From positions 1-64,000 of IMG/VR virus record IMGVR_UViG_3300013121_000013: DNA of 64,000 nucleotides. The stretch is one strand, 5' to 3'. A program made the translations under genes and the position numbers. Source of the stretch: a virus. Its lineage: Duplodnaviria > Caudoviricetes. Positions 45,672-55,029 of the stretch are shown piece by piece; positions within the stretch are counted from its first letter, which is position 1, and the number at the start of each line of letters is the position of its first letter. The notes beneath the pieces were generated by a model, which made no database searches, had not been told where the DNA came from, and worked only from the letters and a program-made list of their open reading frames with translations.

Positions 45672-47021
45672 ATGAATATTCCACAACCAAAAACGGTTAA
45701 AGAAGCTGCGGCTATTCTAGCTACTGTTAAAGCTAATTCTTTGGCCTTTAAAAAATCTGCTGAAGACCCATGGTATAGTTTTCCTGGCGCTCTTAGACGA
45801 ATTGATACAGCCTCAAACGCTGCTGCAGACGTTATCGGCGCTGCTGCTACTGGAGCTTTGGACAAAGCCAGAGATGGCATTAATTACTTTAAAGGCCATT
45901 TTTCTGACCCTTCAAATGCGCTAGGAATTTCTCCTCTAGGCCAGACTGTTGCAGGAGGTCTAGCTGGTGGTGCGGTTGGAGGCTTAACCGGTCTTACGAC
46001 AGGCCTGTCGCGTAAAAATAAACGACCACTTAGAGATATGCTTACTGGAATTGGTTTAGGTGGTCTTACAGGCGCAGGTCTTGGAGCTGCATATGGCTAT
46101 GGCCATAAAGCTTTATACGATACAGGAGAAGGAGCATCTAGAGCTGGCTTGGACGCTGGAGCTAAAGCCATTGAAGAAGCTAAGGCACATAATGCAACGT
46201 ATGCTATAGCTAGGCCTATAGCTTCTTTAGCCAGGGCTCCTGGTGACACATTATCAAGAGCCGGGACTAAAGTCTTGGATCCAAATATGGCTGACGAAAC
46301 CTGGGCTGGAGCAGCAGGCGGTGGTACGTATTTGGGGGTTAAGGGGTATAAAGGCCTAAGAAATTTGGTGGCTAAATATAAGGGGCTAGACGACAATCGT
46401 GGATGGAGAGCCCTTGCCTCAACTATGAGCGAGCCAACAGCTAAAGGGATGCCAGCAAGTCCTGGAGCTGGAATTGGCAAGCCGAAATCAATACCCTATC
46501 AATTGGCTCAAAGATTATCTACTGGAAAAGAAATTTTTGCTGATGAGATGAATAACATGTTAAATACTTTAGGTCGAAAAGGTGGCGGACTATCTAACAA
46601 GCAAATGATCGAATTGAGGAAGGTGTTAGCCGGAGTAGGCGTTAACGCGCCGACAAGAGCCAAGATTTTAAATGTTATAAAGAATCATGGTCTAGGAAAT
46701 TTAAATGCCAATGAATTACAGCGGCAAATGAACACTGCTGTCAAGACTAGATACGGTGCTAAGCCTACAGTCAGGGGCTTTGGAGCATCAGTTCTAGCGC
46801 CGATGGCTATAACAAGAGGAATAAAGACTCTAACGGATTCTGCTGCACTGAGAGATGAGTTAGAGGCGTTTGTTAAAGCCCAACCGTCTAGCATACAAGG
46901 AAACGGACCTATGCTAGCTAAAGCTTATAAAAAAATGATAGAAGAACAGGCCAACGCGTCCGGCGGTAATCCTCAAGTTTCTCCTGCGATAATAGATAGA
47001 CTTATGAATTGGGGTAAATAA
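45672..47021 (+). CDS. Glycine-zipper protein (possible ejected internal virion protein)
   Basis: GGLAGGAVGGLTGL and GLGGLTGAGLGAAYG segments. Confidence 0.7.
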   Translation: MNIPQPKTVKEAAAILATVKANSLAFKKSAEDPWYSFPGALRRIDTASNAAADVIGAAATGALDKARDGINYFKGHFSDPSNALGISPLGQTVAGGLAGGAVGGLTGLTTGLSRKNKRPLRDMLTGIGLGGLTGAGLGAAYGYGHKALYDTGEGASRAGLDAGAKAIEEAKAHNATYAIARPIASLARAPGDTLSRAGTKVLDPNMADETWAGAAGGGTYLGVKGYKGLRNLVAKYKGLDDNRGWRALASTMSEPTAKGMPASPGAGIGKPKSIPYQLAQRLSTGKEIFADEMNNMLNTLGRKGGGLSNKQMIELRKVLAGVGVNAPTRAKILNVIKNHGLGNLNANELQRQMNTAVKTRYGAKPTVRGFGASVLAPMAITRGIKTLTDSAALRDELEAFVKAQPSSIQGNGPMLAKAYKKMIEEQANASGGNPQVSPAIIDRLMNWGK

Positions 47022-47039
47022 TACCAGAGGTGACAACAT

Positions 47040-48497
47040 ATGCTTAAGGTTATCACGCCAGGTAGCTACGACTTTGATACAAGCTCTACTCAGCTTATAA
47101 AGGTTTCGAGTAGGGGTTTAAGAGGTCATGACCTGAATGAATTTATAAAAAGAGCAGGCCATGCTTTTGTAGATATGGTCAAGAAGCCTGGAATGGTTAA
47201 AGAAGGTGAAGTTCCTATACACCTTATAGCAATTGGAGCCACTGAGTTTTACGGCCCCAATCGAAACGGAGACGGCTTTACTGAAAGTACTTGCAGAGAC
47301 TACCATCAAGAGTTTAAAAAGAACGCTAGATGGTATAGGAACCATTCTAATAAGAATCCATCTGCAAGTTATGGGTTAGTCAAGGAGTCTTATTATAATG
47401 AGAAAATGCATCGTATTGAATTGTTCTGCGTCCTCAATGGAACAAAAGAAGCAGCCAAGAGAAACGGAGGACTTGTCGCAGATCAAGAGCTCGAAAAACT
47501 TGCAAGAGAAGAAGACATCCCTGTTTCCATGGCCTGTCTTGTACCCTATGACATCTGCTCAGAGTGCGGCCATCAAGCAAGGAATAAAAAAGAATACTGT
47601 ACAGGAAAGAGCGAGGGAGGATTCTGCACTAGAGACGGTGCTAAGACAGCTCTTTGTAAAGTCTACTCAGATGGTCGTATTCATCATGTAGACAATCCTA
47701 GACCTAAATTTTTTGATATATCCAAGGTTGTAAGGCCGGCCGATAGGATTGCCTATACTATGGGCAAATTAGCTAGCTGTGCTAGTGTGAAGAGCGGAGC
47801 AGAGATAGCAGAAGAACTAAAGATAACTGCTCCAGCAATGCTATCAATAGATGAGTTTATGCCATATAAAGTGGCAGAACAGATTAAACTCGCTTACGAG
47901 CTTGCTGCTGTAGAAGACTCTATAGAGAATAATTTTAATAACAGACTAAATCTCGCGTTTACAAAAGAAGCCTCTGATCGCCATAGGTTTAACGATGCGC
48001 CCTCTGGCCTTGGCGTGCAACTTTGGAGCGCTTTAGCACAATCAAAAGTGATGCTACCGCTTGAAGGGTTCCTACAGTTGACTACTGGCGATATTGAGAA
48101 ATCGGCCTCTATCGCCCCTGTAGTTCAAGCTGCTCTGCCAGGCGTATATGGAAGAATGATAAATGATGGAACCCTAACGTCATCAGTCGAAAATAATTTA
48201 TTCACAGTTAATGATATATTACCAAATAATAAGCTAAGAAATTGGGCTACCAAATATTCTAAAGATTATTCTTTAGACCCAAATATTGTAGATAAAAGAA
48301 TTGTTAAAGCTGCTATATATAATCCTAAAGTTAGAAAGCCAGCTATGATAAAAATGGCAGCTAATCAAGAAGCTATAGAGCAGCTAGCTAGAAGCTACGC
48401 ATTATACAAGCTTGCAGCATTGCAATATTTACAGGAAAGAGACGTAAAATTTGACCTTACTAAAGAGTTAGCAATACGTCAAAATTACGTAAGCTAA
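47040..48497 (+). CDS. Putative prohead maturation protease with zinc-finger insert
   Basis: PNRNGDGF, YRNH, PVSMAC, CSECG; position before scaffold and capsid genes (function inferred). Confidence 0.5.
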   Translation: MLKVITPGSYDFDTSSTQLIKVSSRGLRGHDLNEFIKRAGHAFVDMVKKPGMVKEGEVPIHLIAIGATEFYGPNRNGDGFTESTCRDYHQEFKKNARWYRNHSNKNPSASYGLVKESYYNEKMHRIELFCVLNGTKEAAKRNGGLVADQELEKLAREEDIPVSMACLVPYDICSECGHQARNKKEYCTGKSEGGFCTRDGAKTALCKVYSDGRIHHVDNPRPKFFDISKVVRPADRIAYTMGKLASCASVKSGAEIAEELKITAPAMLSIDEFMPYKVAEQIKLAYELAAVEDSIENNFNNRLNLAFTKEASDRHRFNDAPSGLGVQLWSALAQSKVMLPLEGFLQLTTGDIEKSASIAPVVQAALPGVYGRMINDGTLTSSVENNLFTVNDILPNNKLRNWATKYSKDYSLDPNIVDKRIVKAAIYNPKVRKPAMIKMAANQEAIEQLARSYALYKLAALQYLQERDVKFDLTKELAIRQNYVS

Positions 48498-48662
48498 AGT
48501 CCTGTATGTTCAATCTTGTTAAATATTTTGTATAAAACATCTTGTGTAGTTATTGTAAAACCGTCACAATTATATTATTACCTTATGGGTACGGTACATT
48601 TTCTGACACCCGGTAACAACCGGCCGGACCCAGTCAGCAAGAAAGTTTAAAGGAGTGGCCAA

Positions 48663-49955
48663 ATGCCAAGAGCGATGCAAGCACCTACGTATGACGAGAT
48701 CGGCCGGTGGCTAGAAACCGCAACAGCCAGAACTCAGAAGACTGCCAAAGCTAAGTCTGCTTCTGAGATGGAGACTAGCGGCCAAGGTACTAAAGATCCA
48801 GGAGGATACACTGGAGCTAGTAGCCATCCATCCGCAAGAAATGCCTCTAATACACAAAGTGCTCCTATGGGCGCCAGAGCTAAAGAAAATGAGGCGGATA
48901 ATAAGGAAGACAGAGGTCCAGCTTCTGTTGATAGTGTCAGTCCTTCGAGCGGCGGAGATCAGGACGACAAACAGATCCATGTCGGCATGAACCCATCTTC
49001 TACTGGAGAAGATCCGAGCGTAGAGGACGACTACAAGAGTGACAAGGAAGACGGCACAACAGCGCATCCAGCCGACGCTGAAGACGTTGGAGAAAAATAT
49101 AGCTCATGGAAACTTGATCGGCTATGCAAAACTGCTGAATCTCTTCAGAATAATATTTTAGCAAATATAACAATGGGGTTTGGATTTGAAGAGGACGCCA
49201 AGCAGCCAGTAAGAAAGACTGCTGCAGCGAATAGCAAAGCACAAAACAATAGATCGAATTCATCCTCTACACCCTCGAATGAGACAGTTCAGCAAGGTTA
49301 TGAGCTAGCTGCATTAATGGGTCTAACTAAGCAGGCCGCAGACGAGAATGTTAGCTTGTTCCTAGCTGGTATGATGAAGGAAGCTGCTGAAGATGCCGAC
49401 AGCGTTGGCGCATTCCTTGCCGGATATGTACAGAAGCTGGCTGAAGAAGAGGCTGCGGAGCTGCAATGTGGAGAGAACCACGGCTCGCCAGGCGGTGCAG
49501 GCGGCGGCGAGGAACTACCTCCTGAACTTCTTGCGGCTATGCAGGGAGGTGGAGGAGGTGCGCCAGGCGGAGAAGGCGGCGGTGTCCCAGGAGGCGGCCT
49601 CGGAGAGCCCGGCGGAGAAGGCGGTAGTGAAGAAGACGATATGCAGCAACTTGCTATGGCGCTAATGGAAGCTGGGATTCCTCCAGAGAAGCTTCCTGAG
49701 TTAGTCGCTGCAGCACAGGACGCGTCTGGCGAGGGCGATGGAGGCGGACTGCCACCTGGCGGCGATGCGATGCTTGGCGGCGGCGGAGGCGCAGAACCAC
49801 CATCCCCAGCAGAAATGGGAGCTAAGATTGCATCAGCGGTAACCTCGTATAAGAGAAGTGGAAAATTCCGATTTTCTGAGGCCAAGACAGCCGCACAGCG
49901 TCGCAAGCGTGATGCGATGAAAAATTATATTTTAGAGATAGCGGGCCAACGATAA
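48663..49955 (+). CDS. Putative scaffolding or internal head protein
   Basis: Acidic, Gly-rich, disordered; AAGGAG RBS; synteny. Confidence 0.5.
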   Translation: MPRAMQAPTYDEIGRWLETATARTQKTAKAKSASEMETSGQGTKDPGGYTGASSHPSARNASNTQSAPMGARAKENEADNKEDRGPASVDSVSPSSGGDQDDKQIHVGMNPSSTGEDPSVEDDYKSDKEDGTTAHPADAEDVGEKYSSWKLDRLCKTAESLQNNILANITMGFGFEEDAKQPVRKTAAANSKAQNNRSNSSSTPSNETVQQGYELAALMGLTKQAADENVSLFLAGMMKEAAEDADSVGAFLAGYVQKLAEEEAAELQCGENHGSPGGAGGGEELPPELLAAMQGGGGGAPGGEGGGVPGGGLGEPGGEGGSEEDDMQQLAMALMEAGIPPEKLPELVAAAQDASGEGDGGGLPPGGDAMLGGGGGAEPPSPAEMGAKIASAVTSYKRSGKFRFSEAKTAAQRRKRDAMKNYILEIAGQR

Positions 49956-50011
49956 CCTGTTACCCGCGCTTCTAAAGCCGGGCAATTGCACTGTAAGGAG
50001 TTATAAGAAAA

Positions 50012-50428
50012 ATGCCTAATTTGACAACTGCTCAAGAAGTCATCGAGCACATCAAGGTTTCTAGCGAGATTGCTGAACGTGCAATGAAGATGGCTAACGA
50101 AAAGAAAGCTCAGGACCAGGCAATTGCGGCCAAAATTCCAGAGGCTGTAGATGCATTGATCCAGAGAGGATTTGTACCTAGTGAGTACGCAGAAGAAGCC
50201 AAGCAAGCTCTTGCTGATCCTGTGCGTGCTCTTGATGTCTTAATTAATACAGCTTGCTATTCGCCAGATAACACTAATCATCTAGGTGAACAAGTTTCAA
50301 ACGGAAGAAGTGAGAAACAAGCTTCTACCAGAGGCAACGTAGACAGCCCTTATTGCGGAGTTCGCTCGTCTACAAAGAGAGCTTCTGATCTTGCGTTTGA
50401 GCAAGGTATTCTTGGTAGAAGAATATAA
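50012..50428 (+). CDS. Helical head-module protein
   Basis: 138 aa; AAGGAG RBS. Confidence 0.65.
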   Translation: MPNLTTAQEVIEHIKVSSEIAERAMKMANEKKAQDQAIAAKIPEAVDALIQRGFVPSEYAEEAKQALADPVRALDVLINTACYSPDNTNHLGEQVSNGRSEKQASTRGNVDSPYCGVRSSTKRASDLAFEQGILGRRI

Positions 50429-50446
50429 TTGATAGATGTCTATCAA
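50429..50446. promoter_or_regulatory. Palindromic motif copy 5 (TTGATAGATGTCTATCAA)
   Basis: Immediately after a stop codon; symmetry extends over 50426-50449. Confidence 0.65.
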
Positions 50447-50617
50447 TTAGTGTAAATTTTAAATTATTGTAAGCTAGAGAATAGGCATACTTTGAGTGCC
50501 AACTGTAATTGGGCTAGAGGTTGAATAGTTTAGCCTCGTGCCAAACATAGAAAAAACTAGCACAAGATTCTAGTATAATCGATTTAATCTATTAACTTTT
50601 TTATGGAGGGTATTAGA

Positions 50618-51283
50618 ATGCCCAGTTATCCAGGCCAGATGTTCGACCACACTTTAGATGGATTGAAGGGTTGGCCAAGACCACACGCAGTAGACATGAG
50701 CGGTACTTTAAGCTCTAACGTTAACAGAGGAAGCGCAGCTTTGCCTATTTATGGTGGTATGTGCGTTCACGTAGTCTCTGTTACTGCCGGTGTCCCGCCC
50801 GAGCCAGTCTTTGAAATGGGTGCGAACCTAACTAAGATGCCGATCTTCTTATGGGTTGGCGATGCGGATTACGATGTAAGCAACCCTGGCGTACCAGCCG
50901 GAACACCTCTTGGTGGATCCGGTGGCGTACTTGGAACTCCAGGCGCTGGAACAGTTCCAGGATGGGTTCCAATTCGCCCTAGCGGTCACGTAATGGGTCT
51001 TGTGGCCATCGGTGGGTACGAACTTGAAACAACCGAGTTTGATACTGATCAGTCTTATTCGCCAAACGACCCGCTTCGCGCTGTAACTAGCAACACAAAT
51101 ACCAATGCTGGAAGGCTCACTAACAAGGGCAACACTGGTGCAGGAAATCCAGGCTATACCAGTTCAGCGTTTACTGTATATACCGACTCTACTGTAGGGA
51201 TTGTAAGTCGCGGTTCATATACTAACAAACATGGTGTACAGGCTCTAGCTTTCTGGCCAGTGTTTTTGCCAGGAAGTAGATAA
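50618..51283 (+). CDS. Putative head decoration/cement protein
   Basis: GGAGG RBS; directly upstream of the major capsid gene; ELETTEFD...Y.PND.L pattern. Confidence 0.5.
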   Translation: MPSYPGQMFDHTLDGLKGWPRPHAVDMSGTLSSNVNRGSAALPIYGGMCVHVVSVTAGVPPEPVFEMGANLTKMPIFLWVGDADYDVSNPGVPAGTPLGGSGGVLGTPGAGTVPGWVPIRPSGHVMGLVAIGGYELETTEFDTDQSYSPNDPLRAVTSNTNTNAGRLTNKGNTGAGNPGYTSSAFTVYTDSTVGIVSRGSYTNKHGVQALAFWPVFLPGSR

Positions 51284-51335
51284 GTTTAGGCCTGAAGTAC
51301 ATATATATCAATTATAACACGGAGGTTAGCAAACC

Positions 51336-52265
51336 ATGCCACAGACTCGTGATGAAACCAGACTGCTAAACGACACATTGTTTGAGCAGTTAAGCACTCC
51401 TGGCATGGAGAAGACCGCGATTGATGCCGTCAACGACTTCACCCGCATCAGAATGCGTGAAGACGGATTCTATCGCAGAATTCTCCCGCCATTGCAAATT
51501 ACTAATGACGAGCTAGATCGTCAAGTAGACACAGATAAGCCAGTGAAGGTTGTAGACAAGGAGCCAGACAGCCCGGCTGCTGTAAGTATTCCTTTCGCCA
51601 CACTGCCGACCAACTTCTACATTCGCGGACCTCGCTATCGAGTAATGTTTGACAGACTAGTAACTCCAAGATTTACTAAGGACGTAGACGAGCTTCGCAC
51701 CTGGGTAATGGACATCAGACAGGTAATGTCTGACAATGCGATTAAGGACATGTTGGCTGAAGAAGACAACAAGTTCATTGCCGCTGTAAACGCTTCTCTC
51801 ATCTCTCAAGGCGCTGTAGCCCCTACTTCTGGCGAAGTCCAGTGGACACAGATCTTTGGAGGTATTACTCGAGATACATTCCAGGACAGCTTGAAGGTTA
51901 TGCCTTCTACGCCGTTCCACTTAGAGGCGCACACTGGCCTTATCAATAACGTAACCATTAGAGAGTTCCTCAAGTGGGGCCGTGACGAAGTCGGCGGCGA
52001 TATGTCGCAGGACCTTCTAAGAAATGGCTGGTCCGAAACCGAATTTGCAAACGTTCGTTGGATCATCACTATCAAGAGAGATCTTGTACCTGATGACACA
52101 ATCTTCTACTTTGCAGATCCTAAGTTCATCGGCAAGAGCTATATGCTTGAAGATACAACTATGTATATCAAGAGAGAAGCATACTTACTAGAGTTCTTTG
52201 CTTATGAAACTCTTGGCGGATCTATCGGCCATACTGGCGGTCTTGTCAGAGTAGACTTCGCGTAA
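51336..52265 (+). CDS. Putative major capsid protein (HK97 fold)
   Basis: 309 aa, GGAGG RBS, strong C-ending codon bias, synteny; REDGFYRRILPP...EEDNKFI. Confidence 0.7.
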   Translation: MPQTRDETRLLNDTLFEQLSTPGMEKTAIDAVNDFTRIRMREDGFYRRILPPLQITNDELDRQVDTDKPVKVVDKEPDSPAAVSIPFATLPTNFYIRGPRYRVMFDRLVTPRFTKDVDELRTWVMDIRQVMSDNAIKDMLAEEDNKFIAAVNASLISQGAVAPTSGEVQWTQIFGGITRDTFQDSLKVMPSTPFHLEAHTGLINNVTIREFLKWGRDEVGGDMSQDLLRNGWSETEFANVRWIITIKRDLVPDDTIFYFADPKFIGKSYMLEDTTMYIKREAYLLEFFAYETLGGSIGHTGGLVRVDFA

Positions 52266-52295
52266 TATCCTTGTCTTGTAAGGATCTAATACGTA

Positions 52296-52808
52296 ATGAG
52301 CAGATACTCAGAGCTAAGGTTAAGAAATCTTTGCTGCTCTTGTAGACAGCCAGCACAGACACCAAGATGTGCTGGCTGTTGTAAGAAGCGCCGTGAAAAT
52401 GATCAACGTACTAGACAATTACGAAGACAAGATAAAAGATGTATAGATTGTGATTCTAAAGAGCTGTTTGACAATACAGCATATTGCAAACGACACGCTA
52501 TAGCCAGACGACTAAGAGATAAAAAATTTAGACAACGTCTAAAGACTAGGGTTTTTAATGCCTATGGCGGCTTTAAATGTAGCTGCTGTGGAGAAACGGG
52601 AGAGTCCTTCTTAGCTATAGACCATATTAATAATGACGGCGCAGAGCATCGTAAAAAGCTGTCACAAGGTACTGGCAGTAGGTTTTATCAGTGGTTAAGT
52701 AGTAACAACTTTCCAGACGGCTTCCAAGTTCTGTGCTTTAATTGCAATCACTCCAAGTCAATTAATCGTGGAGTGTGTGAACACCAAATAAAAAGAGGTG
52801 ATAAATGA
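52296..52808 (+). CDS. HNH endonuclease-like protein with Zn-finger N-terminus
   Basis: YGG.KCSCCGE...LAIDHINNDG...QVLCFNCNHSK. Confidence 0.8.
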   Translation: MSRYSELRLRNLCCSCRQPAQTPRCAGCCKKRRENDQRTRQLRRQDKRCIDCDSKELFDNTAYCKRHAIARRLRDKKFRQRLKTRVFNAYGGFKCSCCGETGESFLAIDHINNDGAEHRKKLSQGTGSRFYQWLSSNNFPDGFQVLCFNCNHSKSINRGVCEHQIKRGDK

Positions 52809-53233
52809 CAAATGAGACTTTGACTCCAGAACAGCAAAAGGCTGCAATGGATCAGGCTTATAATAACTCATACGCGACACTAGTTGACCGAGTGTGGGGG
52901 CCTGTATTCTTTGAAAAGCTGGCTAGAGATTGGGGCATTCAACCTACGGACGCCGAAGAGGCAGACAAGCTAATAGCTCTGTCACATAGATTAAGAGCTG
53001 GTCGGCATGATCAGTTGAACAAGCAAGCAAATGCTAGTAAATCCTTGTTGGACAGAGCGCTAGATGATGTAGGTGTTGCGCTTCAGCAACAAGGGGTTGG
53101 CCTTCCTCCAGATGTAGCATTTATAAACGAAGCAAAAGAAGTAGCAGCAGCAGCTGTACAGAATGATCCTTCATTAAGAGACGCTGCTTTGCTATACCAA
53201 GACTTTTTGACCCAAGTTCTAAGAAATAACTAA
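52805..53233 (+). CDS. Hypothetical protein
   Basis: 142 aa; GAGGTG RBS. Confidence 0.7.
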   Translation: MTNETLTPEQQKAAMDQAYNNSYATLVDRVWGPVFFEKLARDWGIQPTDAEEADKLIALSHRLRAGRHDQLNKQANASKSLLDRALDDVGVALQQQGVGLPPDVAFINEAKEVAAAAVQNDPSLRDAALLYQDFLTQVLRNN

Positions 53234-53266
53234 TAACTTCTTAGATTATTCACGAAAGGATTAATC

Positions 53267-53599
53267 ATGCCAGATACCTCTGCATTGTACACGACTGTAA
53301 GAAATACATCTGGCGGAGTTGCGAAGCTTGGGTTCATCCCTCCACATGGAAAGAGCTTGGCCAACAACGCAGATGTGACAGTATTCGGCGATATTTGGGA
53401 TAGAATGACAAAGGGTGGCAGACTAAACGAGCGTGCGAGAGCTTCTTTCGAAGCCGCGCTTCTATCTGGCGATATAGAGATTATTAAGTCGCCGGCGCTG
53501 CTAGTTCAAGATTCATCAACTCTTGAAGTAAAGCAAGTTAGTTTAACTGGTGGCACGCTAGGTGTTAGCGACCCCAGCTGGGGTTCGTTTAGCCCATAA
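53267..53599 (+). CDS. Hypothetical structural protein
   Basis: 110 aa; AAGGA RBS. Confidence 0.7.
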   Translation: MPDTSALYTTVRNTSGGVAKLGFIPPHGKSLANNADVTVFGDIWDRMTKGGRLNERARASFEAALLSGDIEIIKSPALLVQDSSTLEVKQVSLTGGTLGVSDPSWGSFSP

Positions 53600-53630
53600 T
53601 ATAGTTCTTACCTTAGGACTATTTCATAGT

Positions 53631-53670
53631 AAGAAAAGGAAATGCATAAATAGCATTTCCTTTTCTTTTT
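53631..53670 (+). terminator. Terminator of the head operon
   Basis: AAGAAAAGGAAATGC/GCATTTCCTTTTCTT inverted repeat plus T run. Confidence 0.75.
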
Positions 53671-53672
53671 AA

Positions 53673-53701
53673 TAGACAAACTATCACTACCGTTGTATAA
53701 A
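53673..53701 (+). promoter_or_regulatory. Sigma70-like promoter
   Basis: TAGACA-17 bp-TATAAA. Confidence 0.4.
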
Positions 53702-53740
53702 ATGGTCTTACTTTACTAGTTTGTCCATTAGAGGTAACCC

Positions 53741-55015
53741 ATGCCAAAGATTGTAGTTTACACACCGACTCACCATAACAAGTTTATTCTAGAGGCGTAT
53801 AATTCATTAAAAAATCAAACTATAGATAATTGGACTTGGTTGCTTGTTCCGAATGGAAGCTCTTCAATACCAGATGTCATAAAGAGCGATAAAAGGGTCG
53901 TCGTTATAAACTGGCCAGTAGGTCTGGAGAATATATTTGAAACCAATATCGGAGCTCTTAAGAATTTTGCCTGTGCGCAGGCCATACAAAATGGATTTGG
54001 GGATATTCTTGTAGAACTTGATCATGACGATATTTTATTACCCAACTGTTTAGAAGAGATATTAAAAGCTATAACTGAGGATCCAGAGTCTGGGTTTCTA
54101 TATTCTGATACAATTGGATTTACAGAATCTGGAGAGTCTAGAATATACTCAAAGAAGTACGGCTGGGAAGAATACACCAAAGTTGTTGATGGCAAGCTAT
54201 GGAAAGTAATGAAAACTTTTCCTATAAATGCTAGATCCTTATGCGAAATATTTTATAGCCCAAATCACGTCAGATGCTGGACAGTCGATGCATATAAAAG
54301 ATCTGGTGGTTATGACCCTAGAAGAAAAGTAATAGATGATCATGATCTTATATGTAGAACGTACCTTGCCGGTGTTAAATTCAAATACTTAGGCGATGCC
54401 CTATATATGCAGAGAGCGCATAGCAACTCCATGAGTGTTAAACTAAATTCTTTAATACAGACGGAACAAGCTAATGTTAGAAATAAGTTTTTGCTGCCTT
54501 TGGTTAAAGAATGGTGTAAAAGAGAAGGATTGCAGATGTTTGACCTGGGTGGCGCTCATGCGTTAGAAAGTGGATTTAAGTCCGTAGACTTGTATAATTC
54601 TGATATAATTCATGATGTAACAAAAGGACCTTGGGCAGATGAAAATTCCGTGGGCGTCATAAGGTGCGCAGATTTTATAGAGCATATTCCTATCCCTGAT
54701 ATTATTCCTTTTGTTAATAATGTATATAAGCAACTGGCTCCAGGAGGTTGGTGGCTCACATCAACACCATCTACAGATGGTAGGGGCGCTTTTTGTGATC
54801 CAACTCACGTATCCTTCTGGAATGAGTTAAGTTTTAGATATTATTGTGATAAAAATTTCTCCAAATATATACCTGCAATGACTGCTAGATTTCAACAAGT
54901 TAGGCTCGAGACAATAAAGCCTACTAAGTGGCATGTAGACAATAATGTCCCATATGTAATATGTGATATGTGTGCTTTAAAAGGACAAAGGCAGCCAGGT
55001 GATTGCCATATTTAA
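53741..55015 (+). CDS. GT2 glycosyltransferase fused to a SAM-dependent methyltransferase-like domain
   Basis: YTPTH, SLKNQT, ELDHDD, DDHDL; DLGG, DFIEHI, LAPGGW, DPTH. Confidence 0.85.
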   Translation: MPKIVVYTPTHHNKFILEAYNSLKNQTIDNWTWLLVPNGSSSIPDVIKSDKRVVVINWPVGLENIFETNIGALKNFACAQAIQNGFGDILVELDHDDILLPNCLEEILKAITEDPESGFLYSDTIGFTESGESRIYSKKYGWEEYTKVVDGKLWKVMKTFPINARSLCEIFYSPNHVRCWTVDAYKRSGGYDPRRKVIDDHDLICRTYLAGVKFKYLGDALYMQRAHSNSMSVKLNSLIQTEQANVRNKFLLPLVKEWCKREGLQMFDLGGAHALESGFKSVDLYNSDIIHDVTKGPWADENSVGVIRCADFIEHIPIPDIIPFVNNVYKQLAPGGWWLTSTPSTDGRGAFCDPTHVSFWNELSFRYYCDKNFSKYIPAMTARFQQVRLETIKPTKWHVDNNVPYVICDMCALKGQRQPGDCHI

Positions 55016-55029
55016 TACTGGAGGTTCTC

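Noticed and set aside
44685-49906. Long minus-strand ORFs (e.g. 44685..45170, 49298..49906)
   Set aside because: Antisense shadows of + strand genes with low-complexity or biased codons
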